64,000 bases of DNA from Lingula anatina (Eukaryota > Animalia > Brachiopoda). The translations under genes were made by a program, and so were the position numbers. The stretch lies in the NCBI GenBank assembly GCA_051362555.1, contig CM120647.1, forward strand, positions 4,588,001-4,652,000, in the 5' to 3' direction. Shown piece after piece: positions 25,501 to 52,300 of this stretch (position 1 is the first letter of the stretch; each line of letters starts with the position of its first letter). The notes below the pieces were generated by a model. It saw only the letters and a list, made by a program, of their open reading frames with translations. It was not told where the DNA came from and made no database searches.

Positions 25501-28500
25501 TGAGGTGATAGCCATGGAGCGATTACTTTCACTTGTGACATAAATTTGAGTGTCATCAGCAAAAATGACAGTGTTGAGACCATGTTTAACTATAATGTCT
25601 TCTACTGGTAGCATATACAATGAAAAGAGCAATGGACCTAGCACAGACCCCTGAGGGACACCATATTCTAAAATAGTGGGCTCTGATAGCAACGACTCAA
25701 TTGCCACCTTTTGTGTTCGATCTTTTAGATATGAGGTTAACCAATTAAATGCTAAATCTTTTACTCCAAATCGGTACTGTAGTCTGTGCAGAAGTATGTT
25801 GTGGTCAATGGTGTCGAATGCAGCAGACAGATCTAAAAGGACTAAAATAACATCTTTTTGTTTGTCTAAAGAAAGCATGATGTCATTATGAACCCTTAGG
25901 AGAGCTGTTTCTGTGCTATGTCCTTCTCTATAAGCTGATTGAAACTTGCCATATAGACTGTTTTGAGCTAGATAGTTATTCAGTTGTAAACATGCCATTT
26001 TCTCAAGAAACTTCCCTAAGAAGGGCAAGTTTGATATTGGTCGATAATTTTAAACACTTGTTTGCACAGGCCTTGTTTTTTTAACAAGGGTCTAGCAATT
26101 GCTGCTTTGCAGTTGGATGGGAAGATGCCTGTTGTAAAAGAGAGATTCACTATCTTTAAAATAACTGGGGCCAGAACAGTAATGCACTCTTTGATAATAT
26201 GTGTTGGCACAGGATCTAAGGCAGAAGATTTAGAATTCATGCTTTTCATTAATGCTAAAACATCTTCTTCTCATACAGGTGAAAATTCAGTCAATACTGC
26301 ATGAGTACAGGTAACTGGGGTTTCTGAGATTTCTACAGAAGAATAAGAAACGAGATCATTTCGAATGCTCTTGATCTTATCTGTAAAGTAATTTGAAAAA
26401 CGTTGAGGGAGCTCTGAGATTTCCATGTCTGGGAGGACATTTAATTGAGATGATTTTGATTCCGATATTTGGTCCACGATCTTGAAAAGTGTTTTCTGAT
26501 CAGCAGATTTAATACGGGAGCGGTGATATTCTTTCTTGTGTGCCACCAGAAGAGAGTGATAGTGAGATCGCGCAGATATGAACAATTGCCGATGAATTTC
26601 TAAGTGAGAGTGACACCATTTCCTTTCCAGTTTCCTGACATGTTTCCTTTCTTCACACAGCTCCGGTGTAAACCACTCAGCCCGCGTTTTCTCTATTTTT
26701 ATTTTAGTTAGAACTGGTGCAACCTCATCCATGACATTAGATATAGATGTGTTGTAGTAGTCTGCAAAGATACATGGGTCCGTGATCTGGTCGGTATTTT
26801 CAAAAACACATTTCAGTTTATCAATAAGTATTGCTGGATCAAGTCTTGATAAGTCCCTACGATGGGTCACTTTTTTGATAGGCGGTGGACGAATAAAGTC
26901 AGCTACAAAGTGAACGGCGGCGTGGTCCGATGGGAGGCTGTTGTCGATGGTAAAACTCCGCAAGCATGAATCGGCGCGAGTAAGAACCAGATTTAAAATA
27001 TGACCTTTTGAGTGGGTTGCTGTATTTATATGCTGAGTGAGTCCCATTGATTCAATCAGATCCTTGAATTTACGGACATCATTGCAAGTGTGGTTGTCCA
27101 TGTGGAAAATGAATTACAATAGAGTATTGTATTATCATATTATCAATTGGATAATACAAAAACAAAACAATTTTTTTTCACAAGAGTGAAAGCAAGTTAA
27201 GGATCTCCAAGGATCTAATTAAAATCAGTTTTTTCCCACACAACAGTTGTGGGTAGTTTTCAAGAGATTTTATTCTTATGACTGATTGATCCCCAAGTTT
27301 TTACTTCTGGTGGAAAGATATTGGGTCTGACAGTGCCATTTTGATAAATTTGAACTGGGTATTAAAGCTTTTTCCTAAATCCATAATATGGTTTATCTAA
27401 ATAAATTATTATGATGTATATGATTTTTAAAAGAATATTTGAAAGTATTGCTTAATTTTTAAGAGCTTAAATGCTTTATAAAAAGTATTTGTCCAATATC
27501 TCTAACTATCATAAATAAGAAAGCCAGTGGCTGCCAATGTTTTTTTTTTTCTTTTTTTTAATATTGATAGTTTACCACAGCAGAAAATATTCACACCTCT
27601 TTACCCCAAATTTAATTATTTCTGATCGATTTCCTTGGTTTTCTCATGGACGCACTCTTAATTGAGTGTCCAACCAAAGTACATCTATGTCTTACTATGT
27701 ATACATCGTTAAACTTCATGATGTTACAAAGGAATAGTGATCGCTGTTGTTGCCATGGATGCCCATGTTGTTATTTCTGGTGTTGTGGTCGTTATTGTTG
27801 CCATGGACGTCAATGTCGTTACTACTTATATTGTGATCGTTATTGTTGCCATGGATGCCAATGTTGTTAGTTCTGGTATAGTGATCGCTATTGTTGCCAT
27901 TGATGCCAATTTATCTTGTTACTGCTGGTATAGAGATCGCGATCAGTTTTATCTTTCATCGTTTCCAGCAACCTGGGTGGACGGCCCTCTGATCAGTGGT
28001 GTTGCCGAGGGTGTCTACACTTCCGGTCTGGCTGCTCTCCAAGTTCCGATAGGGTATGCCATGGGCACGATCGTAGGTACTGTAGCGCTACATGAGACGC
28101 GCTGAAATAATTATGTTTGCCAGTATAGTTGTACAAGCAGTGCCAAAAAGACATTTCGATGTTTCATGTGACATTTCCCATTTCATGTCTTATTGTTTTA
28201 AAAAATTGTCACAATGGGCAGTCAATATGTGGTTGTGCAAATAACATCAACTGAAAGTCACACTTCTAAAGTGTATTTTGGACGTCTATTAATGGTTTTG
28301 TGTGCCCTTTTAATAAAGTTAGCTTTAATACATTTTAACGTTAATTTTAATAAAGTCAGTGTATTTCAGTCATGTATGAAACACACCTAGTTTGGTAAAG
28401 TGTATATTTTTTTGGCAGGACGCATGAACATCGTAGGATCTTATTTATTGAATTACAATTTCGGTGGTCAATGTGACTGACTCACAAAACAATGTATCTA

Positions 28501-31500
28501 AACCAATGAAATTACGTCGTTTCTTTAATGATTGCAAAAAAAAAAAAAAAAAAATGAAATGCATTGCTTTCATAATTACCATAAAAGAACGCATTTTTCG
28601 AATACAGTTCCATGATATATTCTCCCCAGCTGCAGCATTCTTTGTGAAAAGAATGCGTCGGGACGGCACCGTCACTATGCTGGATCCTTTGGAACGAAAG
28701 TTTGGTAAAATTATGACCGGGTTTCTGTTTCTGCCAGCGCTGTCAGGAGATATGTTTTGGTGCGCAGCAACCTTGTCATCATTAGGTGAGTAAAGACACA
28801 TTCAGAACAGTGGACTTATCAGTCCGCGGATCAAATATGTCCGCCCCCCCCCCCTCGAGGAATTTATCCTGTGTTTATCAGGGGGTAGGACGGCAAGCTT
28901 CTAAGTGTGTCGCCACAATTGATCCGCCGTTGTGGATGCCGTATTTGCTTTTACATGCCTGTGTTTTGACTGGCCTGTTTGTAGTCATTCGTTGTACTGT
29001 TGAATTAAAGCTTTCATGATTGATTTTCATCTAGACATGCATGTTTATCAGAATATTATTAAAGTCTCCCTTTATCAATAGCCTATAATTAAGTTCCATA
29101 GAATGTAAACTGTATATAACCAGGTACCACCTTGACCGTAGTGGTCGGACTAGACCACTGGATCGCCATTACGGTGTCGGCAGCTGTCGTGCTGATATAC
29201 ACTTTGTTTGGGGGACTCTACTCGGTCTCCTACACCGACGTATTGCAGATGATATTCTTATTCCTCGGCTTGGTAGGTAGTTTATAAAGTACATGTACGA
29301 TTTTTGTTTGGGGTATAAGACAGGGATGGGACTGGTTATTTGGGTCTAAAGGTTGCTGTTCTGAGACCCAACAAGGAACAGTATTCTCGTTTTAGAACGG
29401 AAAAGTTTATTTGTCTCTATCGCCCTTCGTTTTTTTTTTTTTTTTTTCTTTTTACCACGTTTAACAAGTAATGCAACATGTCCGTCATATCACTACTCAC
29501 AGTGAATCATCACCCGTCATTCTGGCTAAGTTGTTACTACACCAATTTTGCTCTTTTCATTGTAGGACATGATTATGTTTTATAATTAGTTCCATATAAT
29601 TTATGATCACTAACAATATAATAAATTGATGATGAAACCAGAGGGTTGTAAAGACCATTTTTTTCAGTGGATAGCCATACCGTTTGCTATGTCAAGTCCA
29701 TATATGACGTCATTATCAGAAACGTCACAGAACTGGGTTGGTACCATCCATAGCCGTGACGTCAGCACTTACGTAGATGTGACGTTACAGTTGGTACTAG
29801 GAGGGATACCATGGCAGGTATGTTTGCTTTTATTTTTAGAAACATTTTAATAAATGTTAGTGATATGATACCCTTTGATATAAGCAATATTTGTTTCAAA
29901 ACTGTTTGTATGGTAGGCATTTGTTCAATTTATTTTTCTTATCTGTATGTCTTGGTTGCAAATGGATTTCACAGCTGTTTAAAGTCCTGTTACTTTACAG
30001 ATAGCAATCTTCTTTTCAATCATATTTAAATTTCACCAATTTATCATATTTCCGTCACACATCTTTAACTTCTCTTAAAAACATTTGCCGGTTGAATAAT
30101 GCTTGTACTGTGACAAATTATATTAAAAAAAATCAAGGTTATATAACATTATGAAGTTTCCACGACTCAGGCGCTGTGGCAGCGCGCCTTGGCGGTGAAG
30201 TCAGCGAAGATCGCGAAAGTAACCATGTACGCATGCGCATTTGGATTTATTTTATGTACCGTTCCCCCACTTCTCATTGGGATGACTGCAGTGTCTGTCG
30301 GTAATTAGTTTATTTTTAATTTCAACGCGATCCTGAGTGTTCATGAAGTTACAATGACAAAAATAAGTTTGAAAAATATTTTGATGAAATGATTTCTAAT
30401 TGCTGTAATAATATTTAAGGGAAAATGTTTGATTATTGACGAAAGTTTTAACATGTTACAATAAACGTGCACAGTGCTTAAACATTTTCCAAGAACTGTT
30501 TTAAGAAACTATACATCATCAATAATACTACATGTAGTATGGGACGGAAGAACAGGTGTAAAGGTATAAAGGAATAAAGTGAATATATTTCAAAACTAAT
30601 TGAATCAAATAGCCAATTCGTAAATCGAATCTTTTTAGGTCTCTGAGCAATCATTTACGAACTTGATTTTATATTTGATTCTTGGAATTTGAATAGATGA
30701 CAGTGCATTTTAGTTGCTGGAACTACTACCATAAAAAAATCAAAGGGGCTGTGGAAATTAGCTGTTTAATTGTGTGATGATTGGATTTTTAAAGATTGGA
30801 ATTCCACAGAATATGAAGGAGAACTTCCTTTTGCTGAAGATGATGTAAAACTGATCGCACCTCTTGTTCTGCAGTACGTCTGCCCTTTTGCTGGTGAGTT
30901 CATGTAATATTATGACGTGGAATATAATATAATATAAATAATGTAATATAATATAATATTATTTAAAGTGATAATAACTCTTCGTTTCGGCCAAAAAATA
31001 AATTTTCCTGGAGTATACAACAATTTTCCCATACTTACCAATGGTTAATGAATCCATTTTTACATTCAAAGTTAGTCCCTGGTTTTTTTCTAAAAAGTTT
31101 GGTTCTTTCTTAAAATCTCTTAAGAGATTTTAACAGAGTATAGCCATCAATGGAGGCCACGTGGTCTAAAGACAAGCTCAGATATCAGAATAATAGCTTT
31201 TACAGCGGTTTTTGTGGGAAAACAGAATATATTATATTTTTATGAGTCACTCACAATGTTTTTATTGTGAAATACAGATTTCATACGAAGAGTTATTATC
31301 CCTATAAATTTGAGAAGTATGCGTGAGAATGAAAATATGATTCAAAACGAAATTTAACATGAAAAAGGTTATGTAAAATAAAGAAGATGTGTACTAAAAA
31401 ATACAATGTATGTATAATGTACACTCGTCAGCAATTACATATTCCTACTCTACTTCATGTTAGGCCCCTTACTGACAAAGTGACAAAGTGTTTTTTTTTT

Positions 31501-32736
31501 TTTTTTTTTTTTTAGTCAACAGCATAACTAAAAAAGTCATGGATGGATTTTCATGACGTTTTCAGTATAAGTTGGGATTTGGTAACGCGAAAAGAAATAG
31601 GATATCAGTGGTGATCTGAGATCCAGAACGCCCTCCGTTAATAAGATTCCTACCCTTACGGGAAAGGACCAATAGTCTTCACAGCAAGTAATGTGCTCTC
31701 AACAACAACAACAATGTCCCTATTATGGTGTAATCCTAGGCGGAGATCTTCGCTGAGTTGTTTTCTTGTTTTGTCTGTATTTGAATGTTTCTTGCCTTTA
31801 TAGTTTCTCTGATTGGTCTTGGTGCCGTTTCTGCTGCAGTGATGTCGTCTGCGGACTCCATCTTGCTTTCGTCTAGCTCCATGTTCGCCAACAATGTCTA
31901 CAAACCTGCCCGAATGGGAAAGGTATATATATATAACCGTGCGTGAAATGATAACACACGGCATTTTATTGAATATACCATACGGCACAAAACAATAATA
32001 TGTGCTATAAGAACAATATTAGAGGCTGCTTAAAAGAGGGAGGATTATAAATTTGACATCAGCTAATGTAACGCTGCTGATTTTGTAAACGTGGCAAGAG
32101 GTCACTATCAACACAACAAAAACAGATCATAATTTGTAAGACCTGATAGCATATTGCTATACATGTCCATGTACACACGTGTCTGTCTTTTCTTTCCAGG
32201 CAAGCGAACGTGAGATCATTTGGGCCATTCGAGTATTTATGACACTTATGGCCATTCTGACGACGGTGTTGGCCATTGAGATCACCAGCATCTTCGCTCT
32301 TTCTATCTTGACTTCCGACCTGATCTACGTCATCCTGTTCCCTCAATTGACGGCAGCTCTTTTCGTAGACGCAGCCAACATCTACGGATCAATTGCTGGG
32401 TATATTGCAGGATTGATCATCCGGGTACTTAGCGGGGAGCCGTTGCTAGGTCTGCGAGCAGTTCTGCAGTGGCCTTGGTATGAGGAAGAAACTGATTTCC
32501 AGCCGTTCCCCTATAGGACAACTAGTATGCTCCTCAGCTTGATAACTATTCTGCTCGTGTCACACGTCACAAACGTCGCTTTCGGTGCTGGTTGGTTGCC
32601 AAGGAGATGCGATGTGCTCCACGGCGTCGTGGGGGGACAGATCGAAAGGGAGGCTGCGTGTGAGATACAGACTGCTCAGAAAGGAGCGAAGGAAACGGAT
32701 GATGGGGTAATGTTAACGTTTTCCCATTTAAGATAA
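22522..32736 (+). CDS. SLC5A7: SLC5A7/CHT1-like paralog D, 9 coding exons, about 540 aa
   Basis: Exons 22522-22696, 27969-28076, 28630-28785, 29124-29272, 29668-29817, 30171-30300, 30795-30893, 31804-31922, 32200-32736 total 1623 nt. Intron 1 is expanded to 5.3 kb by transposons. Confidence 0.92.
23111..23865. mobile_element. One arm of the same Tc1-derived family, intron 1 of D
   Basis: Starts TA-CAACATTGGTCAAAAAGTTG and is colinear with 50650-51350. The minus strand reads [16 protein letters not shown]. Confidence 0.8.
24451..27110 (-). mobile_element. 5'-truncated degenerate L2/CR1-group LINE in intron 1 of paralog D
   Basis: Broken ORF2 with end of APE ([13 protein letters not shown]), RT ([45 protein letters not shown]) and [14 protein letters not shown]. 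3' stem-loop GCGCATT..AATGCGC and (TAT)n tail. Several stops and frameshifts. Confidence 0.93.
27737..27940. repeat. About 48-bp minisatellite before exon 2 of D (fewer units in E at about 35020-35150 and F at about 53825-53915)
   Basis: About four diverged units of GTGATCG(C/T)TATTGTTGCCATGGATGCCAATGTTGTTA... Confidence 0.85.
30967..31303. mobile_element. Kolobok-like MITE, intron 7 of D
   Basis: Homologous to 4296-4606 and absent from intron 7 of F. Confidence 0.7.
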
Positions 32737-33262
32737 ATAAGAGTCCGACTAGATCTTTATTTTATTTGTCTTTATTTCATTTGTCTTTTTTTTTTTTTTT
32801 TTTTTTTGCACTCTATATACGCAATAATTTTGGATCTCACTTTATTCGTTGTTCTTTTGAGCAGTTTGAAGTTTTTTCCAAGGATATATATTGAAAGAAC
32901 AGTTTGGATTATGCTACATATAAGGCGAATGTTTAACAGTTTTGTAAATTTAAATGGTCTCCAGTTCCAGGAAAATGCAGGGTTTACATACCACGGCATA
33001 ACGGAGACGTACATGTAGCATCGTCCTGTGGTTTAAAAAGCTACAGCGTCGGGAGCCAATGCAGTCACGGCTGACTCAAACTATTGGTATTTTCTGAATT
33101 AGCTTAATATCACTTTTAAACATTAGTTATTTGAGGTGTTGCACCCGTAACTATGCTCTCCTGCCCCGTATCCAGTGTAGGCCAACATTAATAAAAGTAC
33201 CTTGGGCTAGAGCACACGCTGTTGTTCTGTTCGATCGGACATTGACAAATCTCGCAATAATC

Positions 33263-33330
33263 TCGTCGCGGGAACTCGCTTCCTTTACATCTGTCTTGGT
33301 GGAAGATTTTAGTATAGAGTGCAGAATATA
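33263..33330 (-). pseudogene. Short remnant of the MFSD4-like last exon
   Basis: Minus strand reads LHSILKSSTKTDVKEASSRDE versus LHSLIKSPTKTDVKEASSHDE in the intact gene (61805-61880), ending at the same junction as the 50220 copy. Confidence 0.8.
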
Positions 33331-34313
33331 GCGCTCCCTGGTGTGTCAAAATAGCATGACCTCCCTCCCCCCCCCCCCCCTAGCCTGTTATGATATCCTA
33401 GACCTTTGATAGTTTCGGCAAGGAAATAAACCGTAAAGGCATTATATTTATAAACCATGATCTGTGTTGGAAACCACTTGATCCCTATAAGATATCTTGA
33501 CATCATTTAGAAATATGCTTCAGAATATACAGGTATATTGCCCTCTGCAATTTATTTGCTATTAAAATCGGAGTACAAGTTTACATCATTACGCATTCCT
33601 TGCATCTTTATGTAAATGCAAAGCCAAAGGGTAGAGTCACTTATTTCATTATTCATGAAGCAAGTGTTGTGGTTCAATGACACGGGCATACCAACAAAAT
33701 ATTATACACAGCGAGAATGTCTCCTGATTTTTTTAGACCTACTTTCTAAATACCTCCCCCTGGTCAAATCCAATCTGTCATACATTGCACCTGTTTGATT
33801 ATCAGATATTCGTATGTATCATTTACCTAACGTAGCCTAATATTTATATATACAGTACACATGTATCATAAATAAAAGCAGCAATCCTTAGTTCCCTATA
33901 TGCAGAACATGTAAGCCATCTCTCAGGTATGTCCTGATTTGATATGGATAACAATAAAGCTTTTGTGCCTATAATCTTAATATGTAGGCTAGTGGGGTAA
34001 CACACACATCTGAAGATTACTGCTTTGCATTACCAGAGCACGTATGTAAGAAGATGTTAAATATCGCCGGATTTCGTCGTTTACATTTTACTAGGGCCAT
34101 CTGCCTCAAGGTATTCTGTACACGATACCCTTATGCACAACTTTGTAAGGTTATAAAGTGTGGGGCAACATCAAAGAAAAAACATAAAAAAAGATGAATA
34201 TTAAATGTGATTCTTGTCTACCTGCTCGCCTACGCCGCAGGAAAACTAACAATACACAATTTGAGCATCTTCGTTGACGAATTACTCAGAAATTGCGACA
34301 CACTATACGCAGC

Positions 34314-47877
<13,564 letters not shown>

Positions 47878-48151
47878 ATCTTTATATCTTATTTGACTTT
47901 AATTCAGGTATTTTCTGGATTGACTTGATCTTATTTATAAACATTAGTTATTTGAGGTGTTGCACCAGTTAATAAACTCTAATGTCCCGTGTCCAGTGTA
48001 GGCCAACATTAATAAAAGTACCTGGGACTAGAGCAAACGCCGTTGTTCTATTCGTCCGGAAATTAGAAAATTGCTTTATTTTACCTTCAAAATAGGGACA
48101 TATGAGGGGAAGTATTTTATTGGATGCTTTAATTTCAGTCAGTCTTTAGTT

Positions 48152-48372
48152 AAACCCCATTTCCATAGATTTTAGATCGATCTATCCCTGTGGGGAGTCT
48201 CACTTGATTACTGTCAGCTTAGCCGGCTTAAGCGTCTATCCCGCCTACTGAAAGCTATAAGGGGGTTATTATCTATGGTGCGCGCTCGGCTGACTGCAAT
48301 TAAGCGTGAACCCCCAGGGAGTTAGGTCGATCAAAATCTTAATCCCTGGATCGATCTAAATCTCTGGGACAG
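48152..48372. mobile_element. Small MITE (TAGATCGATCTA family), second copy
   Basis: Reverse homolog of 21292-21510 and absent at the paralogous site about 60750. Confidence 0.65.
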
Positions 48373-48579
48373 TTTAGAGTTATATATTGACACATATATT
48401 TCGACAGATGTTCTTCCGTATATTTTTAATATTTAACTACATGTATGTGGATTTACTTGTAACTGTTTAATCATTAAAATGTAACAATGCGGTAGTGAAT
48501 ACGTAATGTATTGCAGCCAATGCGAATTGCAGTATGTGTATAATAAACACATGCATCACATAATTTTTTATTAAATAAC

Positions 48580-49491
48580 CACGCTCGGCTGTCACCTTGG
48601 TTGGATAGTAAACGGTTGTCGTAAAATCGCTAAATGATATTGAAACCGGGTTCATAAACTTGAAAACCACCTAGGACAACCTTAGACTGCCACATTAATC
48701 CAATACAATGCAAAAATAAACTATAACAAGTGGTTAAAGCCTTCAAACCGAATGTCGTAAAGTCCCCATATACCTCCATAGAGACAATAAAATAGAAAGA
48801 GCTTGTGAAACAAAACTCAACCATTTTCAACATAGTAATCAAAATAAAATACTGCCAGGCATCGGAGCGGCCTAAAACTTGGCACGCTTACCGCAAATAC
48901 TGCAGGCTACATCACCCCGTCGCTCGTATGTAAATTCCGTGCATGGTCAAACCGTAAATCAAAATTCCACCTCTGATGTTTATTTCGGTCCACTCTAACC
49001 TTCAATTCAGGAAATGACGTAACCGCAGAGGTCGTATTGTCCAATGGCATGGCTTCTTTTTCGTAATTGGAGGTTAGAGTGGACCGAAATAAACATCAGA
49101 GGTGGAATTTTGATTTACGGTTTGACCATGCACGGAATTTACAAACGAGCGACGGGGTGATGTAGCCTGCAGTATTTGCGGTAAGCGTGCCAAGTTGTAG
49201 GCCGCTCCGATGCCTGGCAGTATTTTATTTTGATTATTATGTTGAAAATGGTTGAGTTTTGTTTCACAAGCTCTTTCTATTTTATTGTCTCTATGGAGTA
49301 TTATAGGGACTTTACGACATTCGGTTTAAGGCTTTAACCACTTGTTATAGTTTATTTTTGCATTGTATTGGATTAATGTGGCAGTCTAAGGTTGTCCTAG
49401 GTGGTTTTCAAGTTTATGAACCCGGTTTTAATATCATTTAGCGATTTTACGACAATCGTTTACTATCCAATCAAGGTGACAGCCGAGCGTG
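48580..49491. mobile_element. 912-bp near-perfect palindromic (fold-back) MITE
   Basis: Arms 48580-49001 and 49070-49491 are almost identical in reverse complement. Termini CACGCTCGGCTG..CAGCCGAGCGTG. Near-identical 8-bp flanks TAAATAAC/TATATAAC. Absent from the paralogous site at about 60975. Confidence 0.9.
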
Positions 49492-49570
49492 TATATAACG
49501 GTACATTTATTGTCAGAATATAATGACTGTTTCACAATATGTTCAGTTTGGAATAAATTAGGAATCAGTC

Positions 49571-50220
49571 TTACTCCACCAACTTCTCCGAATCATTTAT
49601 GGACCCTATGATCGCCGTAATCCCCATTTCCTCTTATGCATACCCAGGTAACGGGGTGGCTGCCAGTCCTACCGTAGAGTCCCATATTATAGAGAGTGCA
49701 GATATACTCGAGTCTACTGAAATGAAGTCACTGTCCCTGACTAAAGAGGTTGGGAAAAGAGCTGATTGGGCGAGAGAATAAAAGCACGTGCAAACCCAGA
49801 ACACCGATTGGCCGTGCACACCAAACAGAGCCAAAAAGATAAAAGATAAAAATACAAGTAAAGGTTCGCCTATCAGAATAAATTTGGTCGGCAAGCAGAG
49901 TGAGAGCAGAGCCGGGAGAAACTTGATGGTAACAAGAGGAGTTTCTGAGAATTCACTCTCAACTGCAATGGTTTAAAGGGAATTGGTCAATGGCACTTTT
50001 GAAGCTGCATATGTAAAATAAAGTAAATAAAATAATGCAATAAGCTGAATTCCAAAATAAAGGCGTCCTCCAGTGCAGGACACAGGGTTGACTGTGTCTT
50101 TCAAATTTTAAACGCCCTTTTCTAGCCAAAGCACGCCGCATTGCGAACTTTCGTCGCGGGAACTCGCTTCATTTACATCCGTCTTGGTGGGAGATTTAAG
50201 TAGAGAGTTCAGAAAGATAA
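49571..50220 (-). pseudogene. Truncated, deleted copy of the MFSD4-like last exon
   Basis: Colinear with 61054-61880 (e.g. PTKFILIGEPLLVFLSFIFLALFGVH..SLAQSALFPTSLV) with several deletions and frameshifts. The 3' flank 47942-49570 matches 60548-61053. Confidence 0.9.
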
Positions 50221-50649
50221 CGCTCCCTGGTGTGTCAGAAAGAGCCCGACCCCCCTCACTGCCCTCCCCCCTTCAGCCTAGAATGATATTATATACCTAT
50301 AAGAGTTTCGGCATATTTATTAACCATAATCTGGAAATCACCTGGTACCTATAAGATATCTTGACATCATTTAAACATATATAAACATACATCTTGACAT
50401 CATTTAAACATAAATTGCCCTCTGTAATTTATTTGCTGTTGAAATTGGAGTACAAGTTTACATCATTACGCATCCCTTGCAAAGCAAAAGGGTAGAGTTA
50501 CTTATTTCATTATTCATGGAGCAAGTGTTGTGGTTCAATGACACGGGCATACCAACAAAATATTATACACAGCAGATCGAGCAAGCAAATTAAGGAATTT
50601 TAATTATTATAAGGGCAGCAAAAAGCCTGGCTACACGTATGGCGGCATA

Positions 50650-52300
50650 CAACATTGGTCAAAAAGGTTGTCCCACCCCCAGTTTCATGTGCTTTTATTT
50701 ATAAATGATCACACCACAGGTGTTAATTGCTATGAATGGGGATTTTAATGCCAGATACCATAACTTACATGATTAGTGATACAGAAAATACAAACTAACG
50801 ATGAAGATATCAAAATTTAATACCATTAATTCACATTTATTACATGTACCTCCTAAAATCCGATGTTCCACTGTCATTTCAACGGAGGTAAAGAAATGTC
50901 CATTAAATTAAATTGAATTGACACCACCAAATGTCACCTAATTTGCACACATTTAGCATTAGGGTGTGTTCGTTAAGGTCACTTGTCTATTAGCGTGTGT
51001 GTTTACCGCGTACTGTAATCATCTCATGTAGACAGTCATGCCACTGCCTTCAACAAGGTTAACAATTCTGTTTTGTGGAATATTGCCCTTTGTTTCCCAA
51101 AAAGCTTAGCGAAATTGGTCTGGACTATATGGAATTTGGTTCTCTTCTGGATTGCACTCTTCAATTCATGCCACGGGTGCTCAGTAGGTTTATTATCTGG
51201 ATTTAAAGATGGTTTCTCCAGCCTCAGAACATTGGGATTCTGCAACAAATCATTCACCATATGATAACTGTTTGCAAGTGTACTGTCATGATGAAGGTTG
51301 GATCACCCCCGAAGTCCTCTCTTGCAGATGGAATGAGGTATCAGTTGAGAATGCTGGGTTCAGTGATCCCAGAACTACCAGAACTTGGTCACCCATCACT
51401 AGGAACAATTTGGTTTTGCTGAAGAATCAGGGTATTTCTTGTATGCCTTTGATGGTCAAATTAGGAGTCGTAGACATGTTGCAGAATGCTTTTTGGTAGG
51501 TTTGTGCAGGATAATATTGCCTGAGGTGTCAGGTCAGTCCACGTTTGGAGAGAATTCCAAGCCCATGGTTTTAGTGCATTGTTCTTTCCGGAAAAGAACG
51601 ATACTTGGGCAATTCACTGAAACATTCTCAAAAAATATCTCACACTTTTGCAAGAGGTAACTTCAGGGATACTGCAGGCGTCATCATGGAAATGCACTTG
51701 CCCACAACTTTCGTCTGCTGAGTGATTTGTTGCAAAAACCCAATGTTCAGAGGATGGAGCAACCATCTTTGAGCCCTATTATTAACCATACTAAACATCT
51801 GTGGCATCAATTGAAGTGACCGATGCAAAGGAAAACGTAACTCCTAATAATCAGGACCAACTCCCCCCAAGCTCTTTCGGAAAATGGGACAATATTCCAT
51901 AAAACAGAATTGTTACCCTTGTTGAAGGCAGTCCGCGCCACCTACAGGAGGTAATTACAATACGCAGTAAACACAAACGTTATTACACAAAGAGAATTCT
52001 AAATGAGTGAAAATTTGGTGACATTTGGTGGTGTCATTTCAATTTAATGGGCATTTCTTTGCCTCTGTGAAAATCACAGTCAAACGTCGGACTTTAGGGG
52101 GTGCATGTAATAAATGTGATTTAATGGTATTAAATTTTTATATCTTCACCGCTAGTTTGTATTTTCTGTATCACTAATCATGTTAGTTATGGTATCTGGA
52201 ATGAAAATCACTATTTAAAATAATATTTTCCTGTGATGTGATCATTTATAAATAAAAGCACATGACAGTGAAGGTGGGACAACCTTTTTGACCAATGTTG
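50650..52300. mobile_element. Tc1/mariner-derived fold-back element upstream of paralog F
   Basis: TA flanks and TIR CAACATTGGTCAAAAAGGTTGTCCCACC. The long diverged inverted arms carry transposase C-terminal remnants (LNPDNKPTEHPWHELK, like SPDLNPIEHLW). An empty paralogous site is at about 20815-20827. Confidence 0.85.

Noticed and set aside
27737-27968. Hydrophobic repeat ORF in frame with exon 2 of D as an alternative N-terminus
   Set aside because: It is a translated 48-bp minisatellite with a GTG start and variable unit number among paralogs. A normal acceptor exists at 27968.
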